Shown: positions 24,036 through 37,000 of the stretch, piece by piece
Layout: each line of letters opens with the position of its first letter
How positions within the stretch are numbered: the stretch's first letter is position 1
Source of the DNA: Eledone cirrhosa
Lineage: Eukaryota
Assembly: GCA_964016885.1 (NCBI GenBank)
Contig: OZ024758.1
Location: 29,574,001-29,638,000 of the forward strand
Reading direction: 5' to 3'
DNA: 64,000 nucleotides
Program-made: the position numbers and the translations under genes
Notes under the pieces: generated by a model
Seen by the model: only the letters and a program-made list of their open reading frames with translations
Told to the model about the DNA's origin: nothing
The model's database searches: none

Positions 24036-25298
24036 CGTAAAATAAGAAAATTATAAAAATTAACTTACTAAAATTTCACTCCAACTAATTAGTTTCTGAA
24101 AGGGTATAAACATGGTTTCCGAAGGAACACATGGAGAAATCCTTTCGTCATCAGGGAAGTCTATTCTCAGCTAAGTTCCCAGGCAATGCGTGGACACAGG
24201 GAACTCATACAAACATAATTCAGTGGATGGAAAAAAGCAAAGCGTGGACTAAGTTCCAAGACATTGAAAAAAATCACTGCCTACTTGGTCGGTGGCAAAT
24301 TCAAAAGAATCAATCACGTGACATCGAGGTTAATCAGTGAGGAGTGGGGTGTTAAGAAGACAGCAGCCGAACCATTACTATGAACTATAGTAGCAGTTTT
24401 GTCAAATTTTTGCTCAACAAAATAATTTGGAGATAATTATAAAAAATTAGTATATCTACCAACATATATATACAGATGCATACCTATGCTAACAAATATA
24501 TAGGTTTTGCTTAGTAACTTTGTGGTTCAATGCAAGGGGATTCAGAACAATTATATGAAAGACGTAAAATAAGAAAATTATAAAAATTAACTTACTTATT
24601 AAAATTTCACTCCAACTAATTAGTTTCTGAAAGGGAATAAACATGGTTTCCGAAGGAACACATGGAGAAATCCTTTCGTCATCAGGGAAGTATATTCTCA
24701 GCTAAGTTCCCAGGCACTGCGTGGACACAGGAAACTTATACATCTGTATATATATGTTGGTAGATATACTAATTTTTTATAATTATCTCCAAATTATTTT
24801 GTTGAGCAAAAATTTGACAAAACTGCTACTATAGTTCATAGTAATGGTTCAGCTGCTGTCTTCTTAACACCCCACTCCTCACTGATTAACCTCGATGTCA
24901 CGTGATTGATTCTTTTGAATTTGCCACCGACCAAGTAGGCAGTGATTTTTTCAATGTCTTGGAACTTAGTCCACGCTTTGCTTTTTTCCATCCACTGAAT
25001 TATTTTTGTATAAGTTCCCTGTGTCCACGCATTGCCTGGGAACTTAGCTGAGAATAGACTTCCCTGATGACGAAAGGATTTCTCCATGTGTTACTTCGGA
25101 AACCATGTTTATTCCCTTTCAGAAACTAATTAGTTGGAGTGAAATTTTAGTAAGTTAATTTTTATAATTTTCTTATTTTACGTCTTTCATATAATTGTTC
25201 TGCATCCCTTTGCATTGAACCACAAAGTTACTAAGACAAAACCTATATATTTGTTAGCATAGGTATGCATCTGTATATATATGTTGGTAGATATACTT
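24031..25298. mobile_element. 527-bp unit in tandem (about 1.35 copies) plus a circularly permuted inverted copy; non-coding, PLE/retrozyme-like
   Basis: AAAGACGTAAAATAAG at 24031 and 24558; inversion at 24741; three copies of a CTGATGA...GAAAC motif; (TA)n flanks. Confidence 0.7.
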
Positions 25299-25301
25299 AT
25301 T

Positions 25302-25397
<96 letters not shown>

Positions 25398-26318
25398 GTA
25401 CATATATATATGTGTGCATGTATGTATATATATATACATACTACTGTACGTCTGTATACATATATTCTTTTATAACATCAATTTTTCGTGTACTTTTTAC
25501 CGACTTGACCTCTTTTCATTCATCATACTCTTTCCATTCAAAACTGAAATCTGCCTTCCTCTACCCCTAAATTAAAGTTCTATTACTACTATTTTACCAT
25601 CTTGACCATTTACTACCTTTCTATTGGTCAATTCAAAACCTGTTCCCAAACAGACCTATTATATTAAATCTTTGTTGTTTTTTTTCAATAACCAAATATC
25701 ATTATTTCTGAAGACAGCATATATATGTATATTCCCTCTGATAGTTTGTAAAAATTTTACATAGATCTATATGATATACATACCAACACAAACATATATA
25801 TCCTAGAAACGATCGTAAAATTATGAATTTTTTAATATAAGGAACTGTTTCTTTGTTTTTATTCATTATTTTTATTAATTTATCTTGACTCTGTTTTCCT
25901 GTATTTTTCATCGGAAAATTTTTTTTTGAATACATCTTCTGTTTTCATGATATTCGGATTACATTGAGTTCTTCATACGGATTGGACACTACCGTACATT
26001 TTGGTAGATTTATCTACATATATACATATATATATATATATACATATATATATACATATATATATATAAACACACATATACACACATACATACATATACA
26101 TACATATACACTCACACATACATACATACATATACATATATATATATATATATATACACTTATACATATATATATATTGAAAGGTTAAACAACGTTCAAT
26201 AAATAAATCAAAGAATGAGTTTTACAATAGAATGGAAGCACTCAGCAGCAATGGCTTTCCGGAGTTATTAATATTAATTCAAAATATTAACAAAAATAGA
26301 ACTTTTTGTGATCAAGTA

Positions 26319-26385
26319 TATTTTATTATACATATTTCAGAGGTACTGAGCTAACTTCAATAGTACGTCCTCATCAGATAAAATA
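26319..26385 (-). ncRNA. Type I hammerhead ribozyme
   Basis: Minus strand: TATTTTAT-CTGATGA-GGAcGTACT...AGTACcTCT-GAAA-TATGTA-TA-ATAAAATA. 8-bp stem I, intact core and a self-complementary stem III. Confidence 0.8.
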
Positions 26386-27697
26386 AGATGATGCATGACA
26401 TACCCTGACATAGTAGATGGTTAAGATCCAGTCATGGTAGTGAGTAAGATATGACAAAACTCAATATTTATATACCTTAAGATTGAGACATGAAAAAACT
26501 TACATGTAATACATATAATACAGAGGGTGCGTGTGAGAAAGCTTAAAAATACATAACAGCAATTTACATAACTGTTAGAGATTCAAATAATTTAAATTAT
26601 TGAAGAAAGAGGGAAAAAAAAGAAAGACAGAGAGGAAACAGATGAGGGGAAAATATAGATGGTAGAGGTATAGAGAGTAAAAGAGAATCGATTAAGGAAA
26701 GAGAGACAAAGAGGAATAATTATAGGGAGGGATGAATTATATATATCTATACATAACTATACATTTGGGCATAGCTTTGCGAAAGAGTAAACTCGAATCT
26801 TTGAATTATTGAATTATCTAGAAGTATTCATCAATCTAAATCCTAAATATAACTGGGTGTAATTAAATGAAGGTTAATTTCCAGTCCTTAGTTAATTAGT
26901 TATATATACTATCCAAACGTAACTTTCAAATCATTTAAGTTAGTTCAGAGTAATGAATTAATCAAAGTGTATAATATTTCAGGCTATAAAAGTTTATAAA
27001 TATCTGTATTAATATTAAAGTATACTATCATATTTAATTTATAAAATCATATTTTATTTTATGAAATCATATTTAAACTATTTGCAAACATGAGAAAGAA
27101 TATATGATATTTTCATCCTCACGAAGGTAATTCTTATTAAATTTTATTATATTATATTTAATTATTTATATTATATTGAAGATAATTCGCATTATATAAT
27201 TTATAAAATAATTACAGTTATAATTTAAAAAATTAAGATTAACAATTAGAATGCCTTAAAGCATCAAAAGGCCTTATAATTAAAATGTTAAAAAATGTAT
27301 TATTAAATTAGATATATGCATTTGTCTAAATGTAAACAAAGATTATATCGCCTAAAGATTAAGATGATACCTATCAGTTATATATAACATAATATAATAC
27401 AATAAATAAGTTAACAATATTATTATTAACAATATTATAAATAAATAAGTTAACAATATTATCAGTAACATACATATGGTCACTCATACAAATACGTACA
27501 TACATGTACTCATAAATATACACATATACACAGACACATATATACAGCTCTACTTGCAGAAAGAGCATATAGGTAAGAAGTACTTACATGACGATAGTGC
27601 CGTGTTTCGGGTCTGGATGGGGGTAGGGGTAGTGTGGAGAGGAGGTAGAGGGGGTAATTTGTCGAGTGGGTTTTTTTTAAAAAAAGGGAAATCTTTT

Positions 27698-28051
27698 TTA
27701 GCCATCTGGCATCAACACTGGCTTAAGGCATTTGAAAGTTGCAAAGTGTTTGTGCATGCACTTCGGGCAGTGTTCAGAGAGTTTGTTCAGTAGTGGGCCC
27801 TTGGCGAATAATATTTCGTAGCTCTGTGAGATACAAAGGTCGCAGCACTTGTGTCCTCCGTTGTATGAGCGCGCTTTCTGGTGTATTTTCCATTTAAGGC
27901 TAAAGGAGGTGGAGTTCTATTTGAGGTCCCAAACATAGGAGGCGAATGTTGTCTCATTTGATTTGTCCCGTCTAATGAAGGAGTGGCTATGGCCACACCA
28001 CCGGGTCTTAAAATTATTGAAAGTCATGTAAGTCTTTTTGTTGTTGCCATC
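27698..28051 (-). pseudogene. Penelope-like GIY-YIG endonuclease C-terminal half (not in ORF track)
   Basis: DGNNKKTYMTFNNFKTRWCGHSHSFIRRDKSNETTFASYVWDLK*NSTSFSLKWKIHQKARSYNGGHKCCDLCISQSYEILFAKGPLLNKLSEHCPKCMHKH: the FK.R...H..SF, W.LK, KW.I, C.LC, LNK.SE, C.H pattern of PLE endonucleases; one stop at 27917. Confidence 0.85.
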
Positions 28052-31000
28052 ATAAAATTATTGGAAATCATGTAAGTGTTTTTGTTGTTGCTATCATGAA
28101 ATTATTGGAAGTCATGTAAGTGTTTTTGTTGTTGCTATCATAAAATTATTAGAAGTAATGTAAGTGTTTTTGTTGTTGCTATCATAAAATTATTGGAAGT
28201 AATGTAAGTGTTTTTGTTGTTGCTATCATAAAATTATTGGAAGTCATGTAAGACTTTTTGTTGTTGCTATCATGAAATTATTGGAAGTCATGTAAGACTT
28301 TTTGTTGTTGCTATCATAAAATTATTGGAAGTCATATAAGTCTTTTTGTTGTTGCTATCATAAAATTATTGGAAGTCATGTAAGTCTTTTTGTTGTTGCT
28401 ATCATAAAATTATTGGAAGTCATGTAAGTCTTCTTGTTGTTGCTATCATAAAACTATTGGAAGTCATGTAAGTCTTTTTGTTGTTGCTATCATAAAATTA
28501 TTGGAAGTCATGTAAGTCTTTTTGTTGTTGCTATCATAACATTATTGGAAATCATGTAAGACTTTTTGTTGTTGCTATCATAAAAATGTTGGAAGTCATG
28601 TAAGTCTTTTTGTTGTTGCTATCATAAAATTATTGGAAATCATGTAAGTCTTTTTCTTGTTGCTATCATAAAATTATTGGAAGTCATGTAAGTGTTTTTG
28701 TTGCTATCATAAAATTATTGGAAGTCATATAAGTCTTTTTGTTGTTGCTATCATAAAATTATTGGAAGTAATGTAAGTGTTTTTGTTGTTGCTATCATGA
28801 AATTATTGGAAGTCATGTAAGTGTTTTTGTTGTTGCTATCATAAAATTATTAGAAGTAATGTAAGTGTTTTTGTTGTTGCTATCATAAAATTATTAGAAG
28901 TAATGTAAGTGTTTTTGTTGTTGCTATCATAAAATTATTGGAAGTAATGTAAGTGTTTTTGTTGTTGCTATCATAAAATTATTGGAAGTCATGTAAGACT
29001 TTTTGTTGTTGCTATCATGAAATTATTGGAAGTCATGTAAGACTTTTTGTTGTTGCTATCATAAAATTATTGGAAGTCATATAAGTCTTTTTGTTGTTGC
29101 TATCATAAAATTATTGGAAGTCATGTAAGTCTTTTTGTTGTTGCTATCATAAAATTATTGGAAGTCATGTAAGTCTTCTTGTTGTTGCTATCATAAAACT
29201 ATTGGAAGTCATGTAAGTCTTTTTGTTGTTGCTATCATAAAATTATTGGAAGTCATGTAAGTCTTTTTGTTGTTGGTATCATAAAATTATTGGAAGTCAT
29301 GTAAGTCTTTTTGTTGTTGCTATCATAAAATTATTGTAAGTCATGTAAGTCTTTTTGTTGTTGCTATCATAAAATTATTGGAAGTCATGTAAGTGTTTTT
29401 GTTGTTGCTATCATAAAATTATTGGAAGTCATGTAAGTGTTTTTGTTGTTGCTATCATAAAATTATTGGAAGTCATGTAAGTCTTTTTGTTGTTGGTATC
29501 ATAAAATTATTGGAAGTCATGTGTCTTTTTGTTGTTGCTATCATAAAATTATTGGATGTCATGTAAGTCTTTTTGTTGTTGCTATCATAAAATTATTGGA
29601 AGTCATGTAAGTCTTCTTGTTGTTGCTATCATAAAACTATTGGAAGTCATGTAAGTCTTTTTGTTGTTGCTATCATAAAATTATTGGAAGTCATGTAAGT
29701 CTTTTTGTTGTTGCTATCATAAAATTATTGGAAGTCATGTAAGTGTTTTTGTTGCTATCATAAAATTATTGGAAGTCATGTAAGTCTTTTTGTTGTTGCT
29801 ATCATAAAATTGTTGGAAGTCATGTAAGTGTTTTTGTTGCTATCATAAAATTATTGGAAGTCATATAAGTCTTTTTGTTGTTGCTATCATAAAATTATTG
29901 GAAGTCATGTAAGTCTTTTTGTTGTTGCTATCATAAAATTATTGGAAGTCATGTAAGTCTTTTTGTTGTTGCTATCATAAAATTATTGGAAGTCATGTAA
30001 GTGTTTTTGTTGCTATCATAAAATTATTGGAAGTCATATAAGTCTTTTTGTTGTTGCTAATATAAAATTATTGAAAGTAATGTAAGTGTTTTTGTTGTTG
30101 CTATCATAAAATTATTGGAAGTCATGTAAGTCTTTTTGTTGTTGCTATCATAAAATTATTAGAAGTAATGTAAGTGTTTTTGTTGTTGCTATCATAAAAT
30201 TATTGGAAGTCATGTAAGTGTTTTTGTTGTTGCTATCATAAAATTATTGGCATTCATGTAAGTGTTTTTGTTGTTGCTATCATAACATTATTGGAAGTCA
30301 TGTAAGTCTTTTTGTTGTTGCTATCATAATATTATTGGAAGTAATGTCAGTCTTTTTATTGTTGCTATCATAAAATTATTGGAAGTCATATAAGTCTTTT
30401 TGTTGTTGCTATCATAAAATTATTGGAAGTAATGTAAGTGTTTTTGTTGTTGCTATCATAAAATTATTGTAAGTCATGTAAGTGTTTTTGTTGTTGCTAT
30501 CATAAAATTATTGAAAGTCATGTAAGAGTTTTTGTTGTTGCTATCATAAAATTATTGGAAGTCATGTAAGTGTTTTTGTTGTTGCTATCATAAAATTATT
30601 GGAAGTCATGTAAGTCTTTTTGTTGTTGCTATCATGAAATTATTGGAAGTCATGTAAGTGTTTTTGTTGTTGCTATCATAAAATTATTAGAAGTAATGTA
30701 AGTGTTTTTGTTGTTGCTATCATAAAATTATTAGAAGTAATGTAAGTCTTTTTGTTGTTGCTATCATAAAATTATTGGGAGTCATGTAAGTCTTTTTGTT
30801 GTTGCTATCATAAAATTATTGAAAGTCATGTAAGTCTTTTTGTTGTTGCTATCATAACATTATTGGAAATCATGTAAGACTTTTTGTTGTTGCTATCATA
30901 AAAATGTTGGAAGTCATGTAAGTCTTTTTGTTGTTGCTATCATAAAATTATTGGAAATCATGTAAGTCTTTTTCTTGTTGCTATCATAAAATTATTGGAA

Positions 31001-34000
31001 GTCATGTAAGTGTTTTTGTTGCTATCATAAAATTATTGGAAGTCATATAAATCTTTTTGTTGTTGCTATCATAAAATTATTGAAAGTCATGTAAGAGTTT
31101 TTGTTGTTGCTATCATAAAATTATTGGAAGTCATGTAAGTCTTTTTGTTGTTGCTATCATAAAATTATTGGAAGTCATATAAGTCTTTTTGTTGTTGCTA
31201 TCATAAAATTATTGGAAGTCATGTAAGTGTTTTTGTTGTTGCTATCATAAAATTATTGGAAGTCATGTAAGTCTTTTTGTTGTTGCTATTATGAAATTAT
31301 TGGAAGTCATGTAAGTGTTTTTGTTGTTGCTATCATAAAATTATTAGAAGTAATGTAAGTGTTTTTGTTGTTGCTATCATAAAATTATTAGAAGTAATGT
31401 AAGTCTTTTTGTTGTTGGTATCATAAAATTATTGGGAGTCATGTAAGTCTTTTTGTTGTTGCTATCATAAAATTATTGAAAGTCATGTAAGTCTTTTTGT
31501 TGTTGATATCATAACATTATTGGAAATCATGTAAGACTTTTTGTTGTTGCTATCATAAAAATGTTGGAAGTCATGTAAGTCTTTTTGTTGTTGCTATCAT
31601 AAAATTATTGGAAATCATGTAAGTCTTTTTCTTGTTGCTATCATAAAATTATTGGAAGTCATGTAAGTGTTTTTGTTGCTATCATAAAATTATTGGAAGT
31701 CATATAAATCTTTTTGTTGTTGCTATCATAAAATTATTGGAAGTAATGTAAGTGTTTTTGTTGTTGCTATCATAAAATTATAGGAAGTCATGTCAGTCTT
31801 TTTGTTGTTGCTATCATAAAATTATTGGAAGTCATGTAAGTGTTTTTGTTGTTGCTATCATAAAATTATTGGAAGTAATGTAAGAGTTTTTGTTGTTGCT
31901 ATCATAAAATTATTGGAAGTCATGTAAGAGTTTTTGTTGTTGCTATCATAAAATTATTGGCAGTCATGTAAGTGTTTTTGTTGTTGCTATCATAAAATTA
32001 TTGGAAGTCATGTAAGTCTTTTTGTTGTTGGTATCATAAAATTATTGGAAGTCATGTAAGAGTTTTTGTTGTTGCTATCATAAAATTATTGGAAGTCATG
32101 TAAGTGTTTTTGTTGTTGCTATCATAAAATTATTGGAAGTCATGTAAGTCTTTTTGTTGTTGGTATCATAAAATTATTGGAAGTCATGTAAGTCTTTTTG
32201 TTGTTGCTATCATAAAATTATTGGAAGTCATGTAAGTCTTCTTGTTGTTGCTATCATAAAATTATTAGAAGTAATGTAAGTCTTTTTGTTGTTGGTATCA
32301 TAAAATTATTGGGAGTCATGTAAGTCTTTTTGTTGTTGCTATCATAAAATTATTGAAAGTCATGTAAGTCTTTTTGTTGTTGCTATCATAACATTATTGG
32401 AGATCATGTAAGACTTTTTGTTGTTGCTATCATAAAAATGTTGGAAGTCATGTAAGTCTTTTTGTTGTTGCTATCATAAAATTATTGGAAATCATGTAAG
32501 TCTTTTTCTTGTTGCTATCATAAAATTATTGGAAGTCATGTAAGTGTTTTTGTTGCTATCATAAAATTATTGGAAGTCATATAAATCTTTTTGTTGTTGC
32601 TATCATAAAATTATTGAAAGTCATGTAAGAGTTTTTGTTGTTGCTATCATAAAATTATTGGAAGTCATGTAAGTCTTTTTGTTGTTGCTATCATAAAATT
32701 ATTGGAAGTCATATAAGTCTTTTTGTTGTTGCTATCATAAAATTATTGGAAGTCATGTAAGTGTTTTTGTTGTTGCTATCATAAAATTATTGGAAGTCAT
32801 GTAAGTCTTTTTGTTGTTGCTATTATGAAATTATTGGAAGTCATGTAAGTGTTTTTGTTGTTGCTATCATAAAATTATTAGAAGTAATGTAAGTGTTTTT
32901 GTTGTTGCTATCATAAAATTATTAGAAGTAATGTAAGTCTTTTTGTTGTTGGTATCATAAAATTATTGGGAGTCATGTAAGTCTTTTTGTTGTTGCTATC
33001 ATAAAATTATTGAAAGTCATGTAAGTCTTTTTGTTGTTGCTATCATAACATTATTGGAAATCATGTAAGACTTTTTGTTGTTGCTATCATAAAAATGTTG
33101 GAAGTCATGTAAGTCTTTTTGTTGTTGCTATCATAAAATTATTGGAAATCATGTAAGTCTTTTTCTTGTTGCTATCATAAAATTATTGGAAGTCATGTAA
33201 GTGTTTTTGTTGCTATCATAAAATTATTGGAAGTCATATAAATCTTTTTGTTGTTGCTATCATAAAATTATTGGAAGTAATGTAAGTGTTTTTGTTGTTG
33301 CTATCATAAAATTATAGGAAGTCATGTCAGTCTTTTTGTTGTTGCTATCATAAAATTATTGGAAGTCATGTAAGTGTTTTTGTTGTTGCTATCATAAAAT
33401 TATTGGAAGTAATGTAAGAGTTTTTGTTGTTGCTATCATAAAATTATTGGAAGTCATGTAAGTCTTTTTGTTGTTGGTATCATAAAATTATTGGAAGTCA
33501 TGTAAGTCTTTTTGTTGTTGCTATCATAAAATTATTGGAAGTCATGTAAGTCTTCTTGTTGTTGCTATCATAAAACTATTGGAAGTCATGTAAGTCTTTT
33601 TGTTGTTGCTATCATAAAATTATTGGAAGTCATGTAAGTCTTTTTGTTGTTGCTATCATAACATTATTGGAAATCATGTAAGTCTTTTTCTTGTTGCTAT
33701 CATAAAATTATTGGAAGTCATGTAAGTCTTTTTCTTGTTGCTATCATAAAATTATTGGAAGTCATGTAAGTCTTTTTCTTGTTGCTATCATAAAATTATT
33801 GGAAGTCATGTAAGTCTTTTTGTTGTTGCTATCATAAAATTATTGGAAGTCATGTAAGTGTTTTTGTTGCTATCATAAAATTATTGGAAGTCATATAAGT
33901 CTTTTTGTTGTTGCTATCATAAAATTATTGGAAGTCATGTAAGTCTTTTTGTTGTTGCTATCATAAAATTATTGGAAGTCATGTAAGTCTTTTTGTTGTT

Positions 34001-37000
34001 GCTATCATAAAATTATTGGAAGTCATGTAAGTCTTTTTGTTGTTGCTATCATAAAATTATTGGAAGTCATGTTAGTGTTTTTGTTGCTATCATAAAATTA
34101 TTGGAAGTCATATAAGTCTTTTTGTTGTTGCTAATATAAAATTATTGAAAGTAATGTAAGTGTTTTTGTTGTTGCTATCATAAAATTATTGGAAGTCATG
34201 TAAGTGTTTTTGTTGCTATCATAAAATTATTGAAAGTCATATAAGTCTTTTTGTTGTTGCTATCATAAAATTATTGGAAGTCATGTAAGTCTTTTTGTTG
34301 TTGCTATCATAAAATTGTTGGAAGTCATGTAAGTGTTTTTGTTGCTATCATAAAATTATTGGAAGTCATATAAGTCTTTTTGTTGTTGCTATCATAAAAT
34401 TATTGGAAGTCATGTAAGTCTTTTTGTTGTTGCTATCATAAAATTATTGGAAGTCATGTAAGTCTTTTTGTTGTTGCTATCATAAAATTATTGGAAGTCA
34501 TGTAAGTCTTTTTGTTGTTGCTATCATGAAATTATTGGAAGTCATGTAAGTGTTTTTGTTGTTGCTATCATAAAATTATTAGAAGTAATGTAAGTGTTTT
34601 TGTTGTTGCTATCATAAAATTATTAGAAGTCATGTAAGTCTTTTTGTTGTTGGTATCATAAAATTATTGGAAGTCATGTAAGTCTTTTTGTTGTTGCTAT
34701 CATAAAATTATTGGAAGTCATGTAAGTCTTCTTGTTGTTGCTATCATAAAACTATTGGAAGTCATGTAAGTCTTTTTGTTGTTGCTATCATAAAATTATT
34801 GGAAGTCATGTAAGTCTTTTTGTTGTTGCTATCATAACATTATTGGAAATCATGTAAGACTTTTTGTTGTTGCTATCATAAAAATGTTGGAAGTCATGTA
34901 AGTCTTTTTGTTGTTGCTATCATAAAATTATTAGAAGTAATGTAAGTGTTTTTGTTGTTGCTATCATAAAATTATTGGAAGTCATGTAAGTGTTTTTGTT
35001 GTTGCTATCATAAAATTATTGGCATTCATGTAAGTGTTTTTGTTGTTGCTATCATAACATTATTGGAAGTCATGTAAGTCTTTTTGTTGTTGCTATCATA
35101 ATATTATTGGAAGTAATGTCAGTCTTTTTATTGTTGCTATCATAAAATTATTGGAAGTCATATAAGTCTTTTTGTTGTTGCTATCATAAAATTATTGGAA
35201 GTAATGTAAGTGTTTTTGTTGTTGCTATCATAAAATTATTGTAAGTCATGTAAGTGTTTTTGTTGTTGCTATCATAAAATTATTGAAAGTCATGTAAGAG
35301 TTTTTGTTGTTGCTATCATAAAATTATTGGAAGTCATGTAAGTCTTTTTGTTGTTGCTATCATAAAATTATTGGAAGTCATATAAGTCTTTTTGTTGTTG
35401 CTATCATAAAATTATTGGAAGTCATGTAAGTGTTTTTGTTGTTGCTATCATAAAATTATTAGAAGTAATGTAAGTGTTTTTGTTGTTGCTATCATAAAAT
35501 TATTAGAAGTAATGTAAGTCTTTTTGTTGTTGGTATCATAAAATTATTGGGAGTCATGTAAGTCTTTTTGTTGTTGCTATCATAAAATTATTGAAAGTCA
35601 TGTAAGTCTTTTTGTTGTTGCTATCATAACATTATTGGAAATCATGTAAGACTTTTTGTTGTTGCTATCATAAAAATGTTGGAAGTCATGTAAGTCTTTT
35701 TGTTGTTGCTATCATAAAATTATTGGAAATCATGTAAGTCTTTTTCTTGTTGCTATCATAAAATTATTGGAAGTCATGTAAGTGTTTTTGTTGCTATCAT
35801 AAAATTATTGGAAGTCATATAAATCTTTTTGTTGTTGCTATCATAAAATTATTGGAAGTCATGTAAGTCTTTTTGTTGTTGCTATCATAAAATTATTGGA
35901 AGTCATATAAGTCTTTTTGTTGTTGCTATCATAAAATTATTGGAAGTCATGTAAGTGTTTTTGTTGTTGCTATCATAAAATTATTAGAAGTAATGTAAGT
36001 GTTTTTGTTGTTGCTATCATAAAATTATTAGAAGTAATGTAAGTCTTTTTGTTGTTGGTATCATAAAATTATTGGGAGTCATGTAAGTCTTTTTGTTGTT
36101 GCTATCATAAAATTATTGAAAGTCATGTAAGTCTTTTTGTTGTTGCTATCATAACATTATTGGAAATCATGTAAGACTTTTTGTTGTTGCTATCATAAAA
36201 ATGTTGGAAGTCATGTAAGTCTTTTTGTTGTTGCTATCATAAAATTATTGGAAATCATGTAAGTCTTTTTCTTGTTGCTATCATAAAATTATTGGAAGTC
36301 ATGTAAGTGTTTTTGTTGCTATCATAAAATTATTGGAAGTCATATAAATCTTTTTGTTGTTGCTATCATAAAATTATTGGAAGTAATGTAAGTGTTTTTG
36401 TTGTTGCTATCATAAAATTATAGGAAGTCATGTCAGTCTTGTTGTTGTTGCTATCATAAAATTATTGGAAGTCATGTAAGTGTTTTTGTTGTTGCTATCA
36501 TAAAATTATTGGAAGTAATGTAAGAGTTTTTGTTGTTGCTATCATAAAATTATTGGAAGTCATGTAAGAGTTTTTGTTGTTGCTATCATAAAATTATTGG
36601 CAGTCATGTAAGTGTTTTTGTTGTTGCTATCATAAAATTATTGGAAGTCATGTAAGTCTTTTTGTTGTTGGTATCATAAAATTATTGGAAGTCATGTAAG
36701 AGTTTTTGTTGTTGCTATCATAAAATTATTGGAAGTCATGTAAGTGTTTTTGTTGTTGCTATCATAAAATTATTGGAAGTCATGTAAGTCTTTTTGTTGT
36801 TGGTATCATAAAATTATTGGAAGTCATGTAAGTCTTTTTGTTGTTGCTATCATAAAATTATTGGAAGTCATGTAAGTCTTCTTGTTGTTGCTATCATAAA
36901 ACTATTGGAAGTCATGTAAGTCTTTTTGTTGTTGCTATCATAAAATTATTGGAAGTCATGTAAGTCTTTTTGTTGTTGCTATCATAACATTATTGGAAAT

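Noticed and set aside
11373-26188. Many YI/HT/CV-repeat ORFs
   Set aside because: Translations of (TA)n and (CA)n microsatellites.
27582-27592. 11-bp inverted match (ACTTACATGAC) to the satellite core
   Set aside because: Too short and AT-rich to exclude chance.
27787-27996. 69-aa ORF (MAIATPSLDG...) as a host exon
   Set aside because: It is an alternative frame of the GIY-YIG remnant, which explains the sequence much better.
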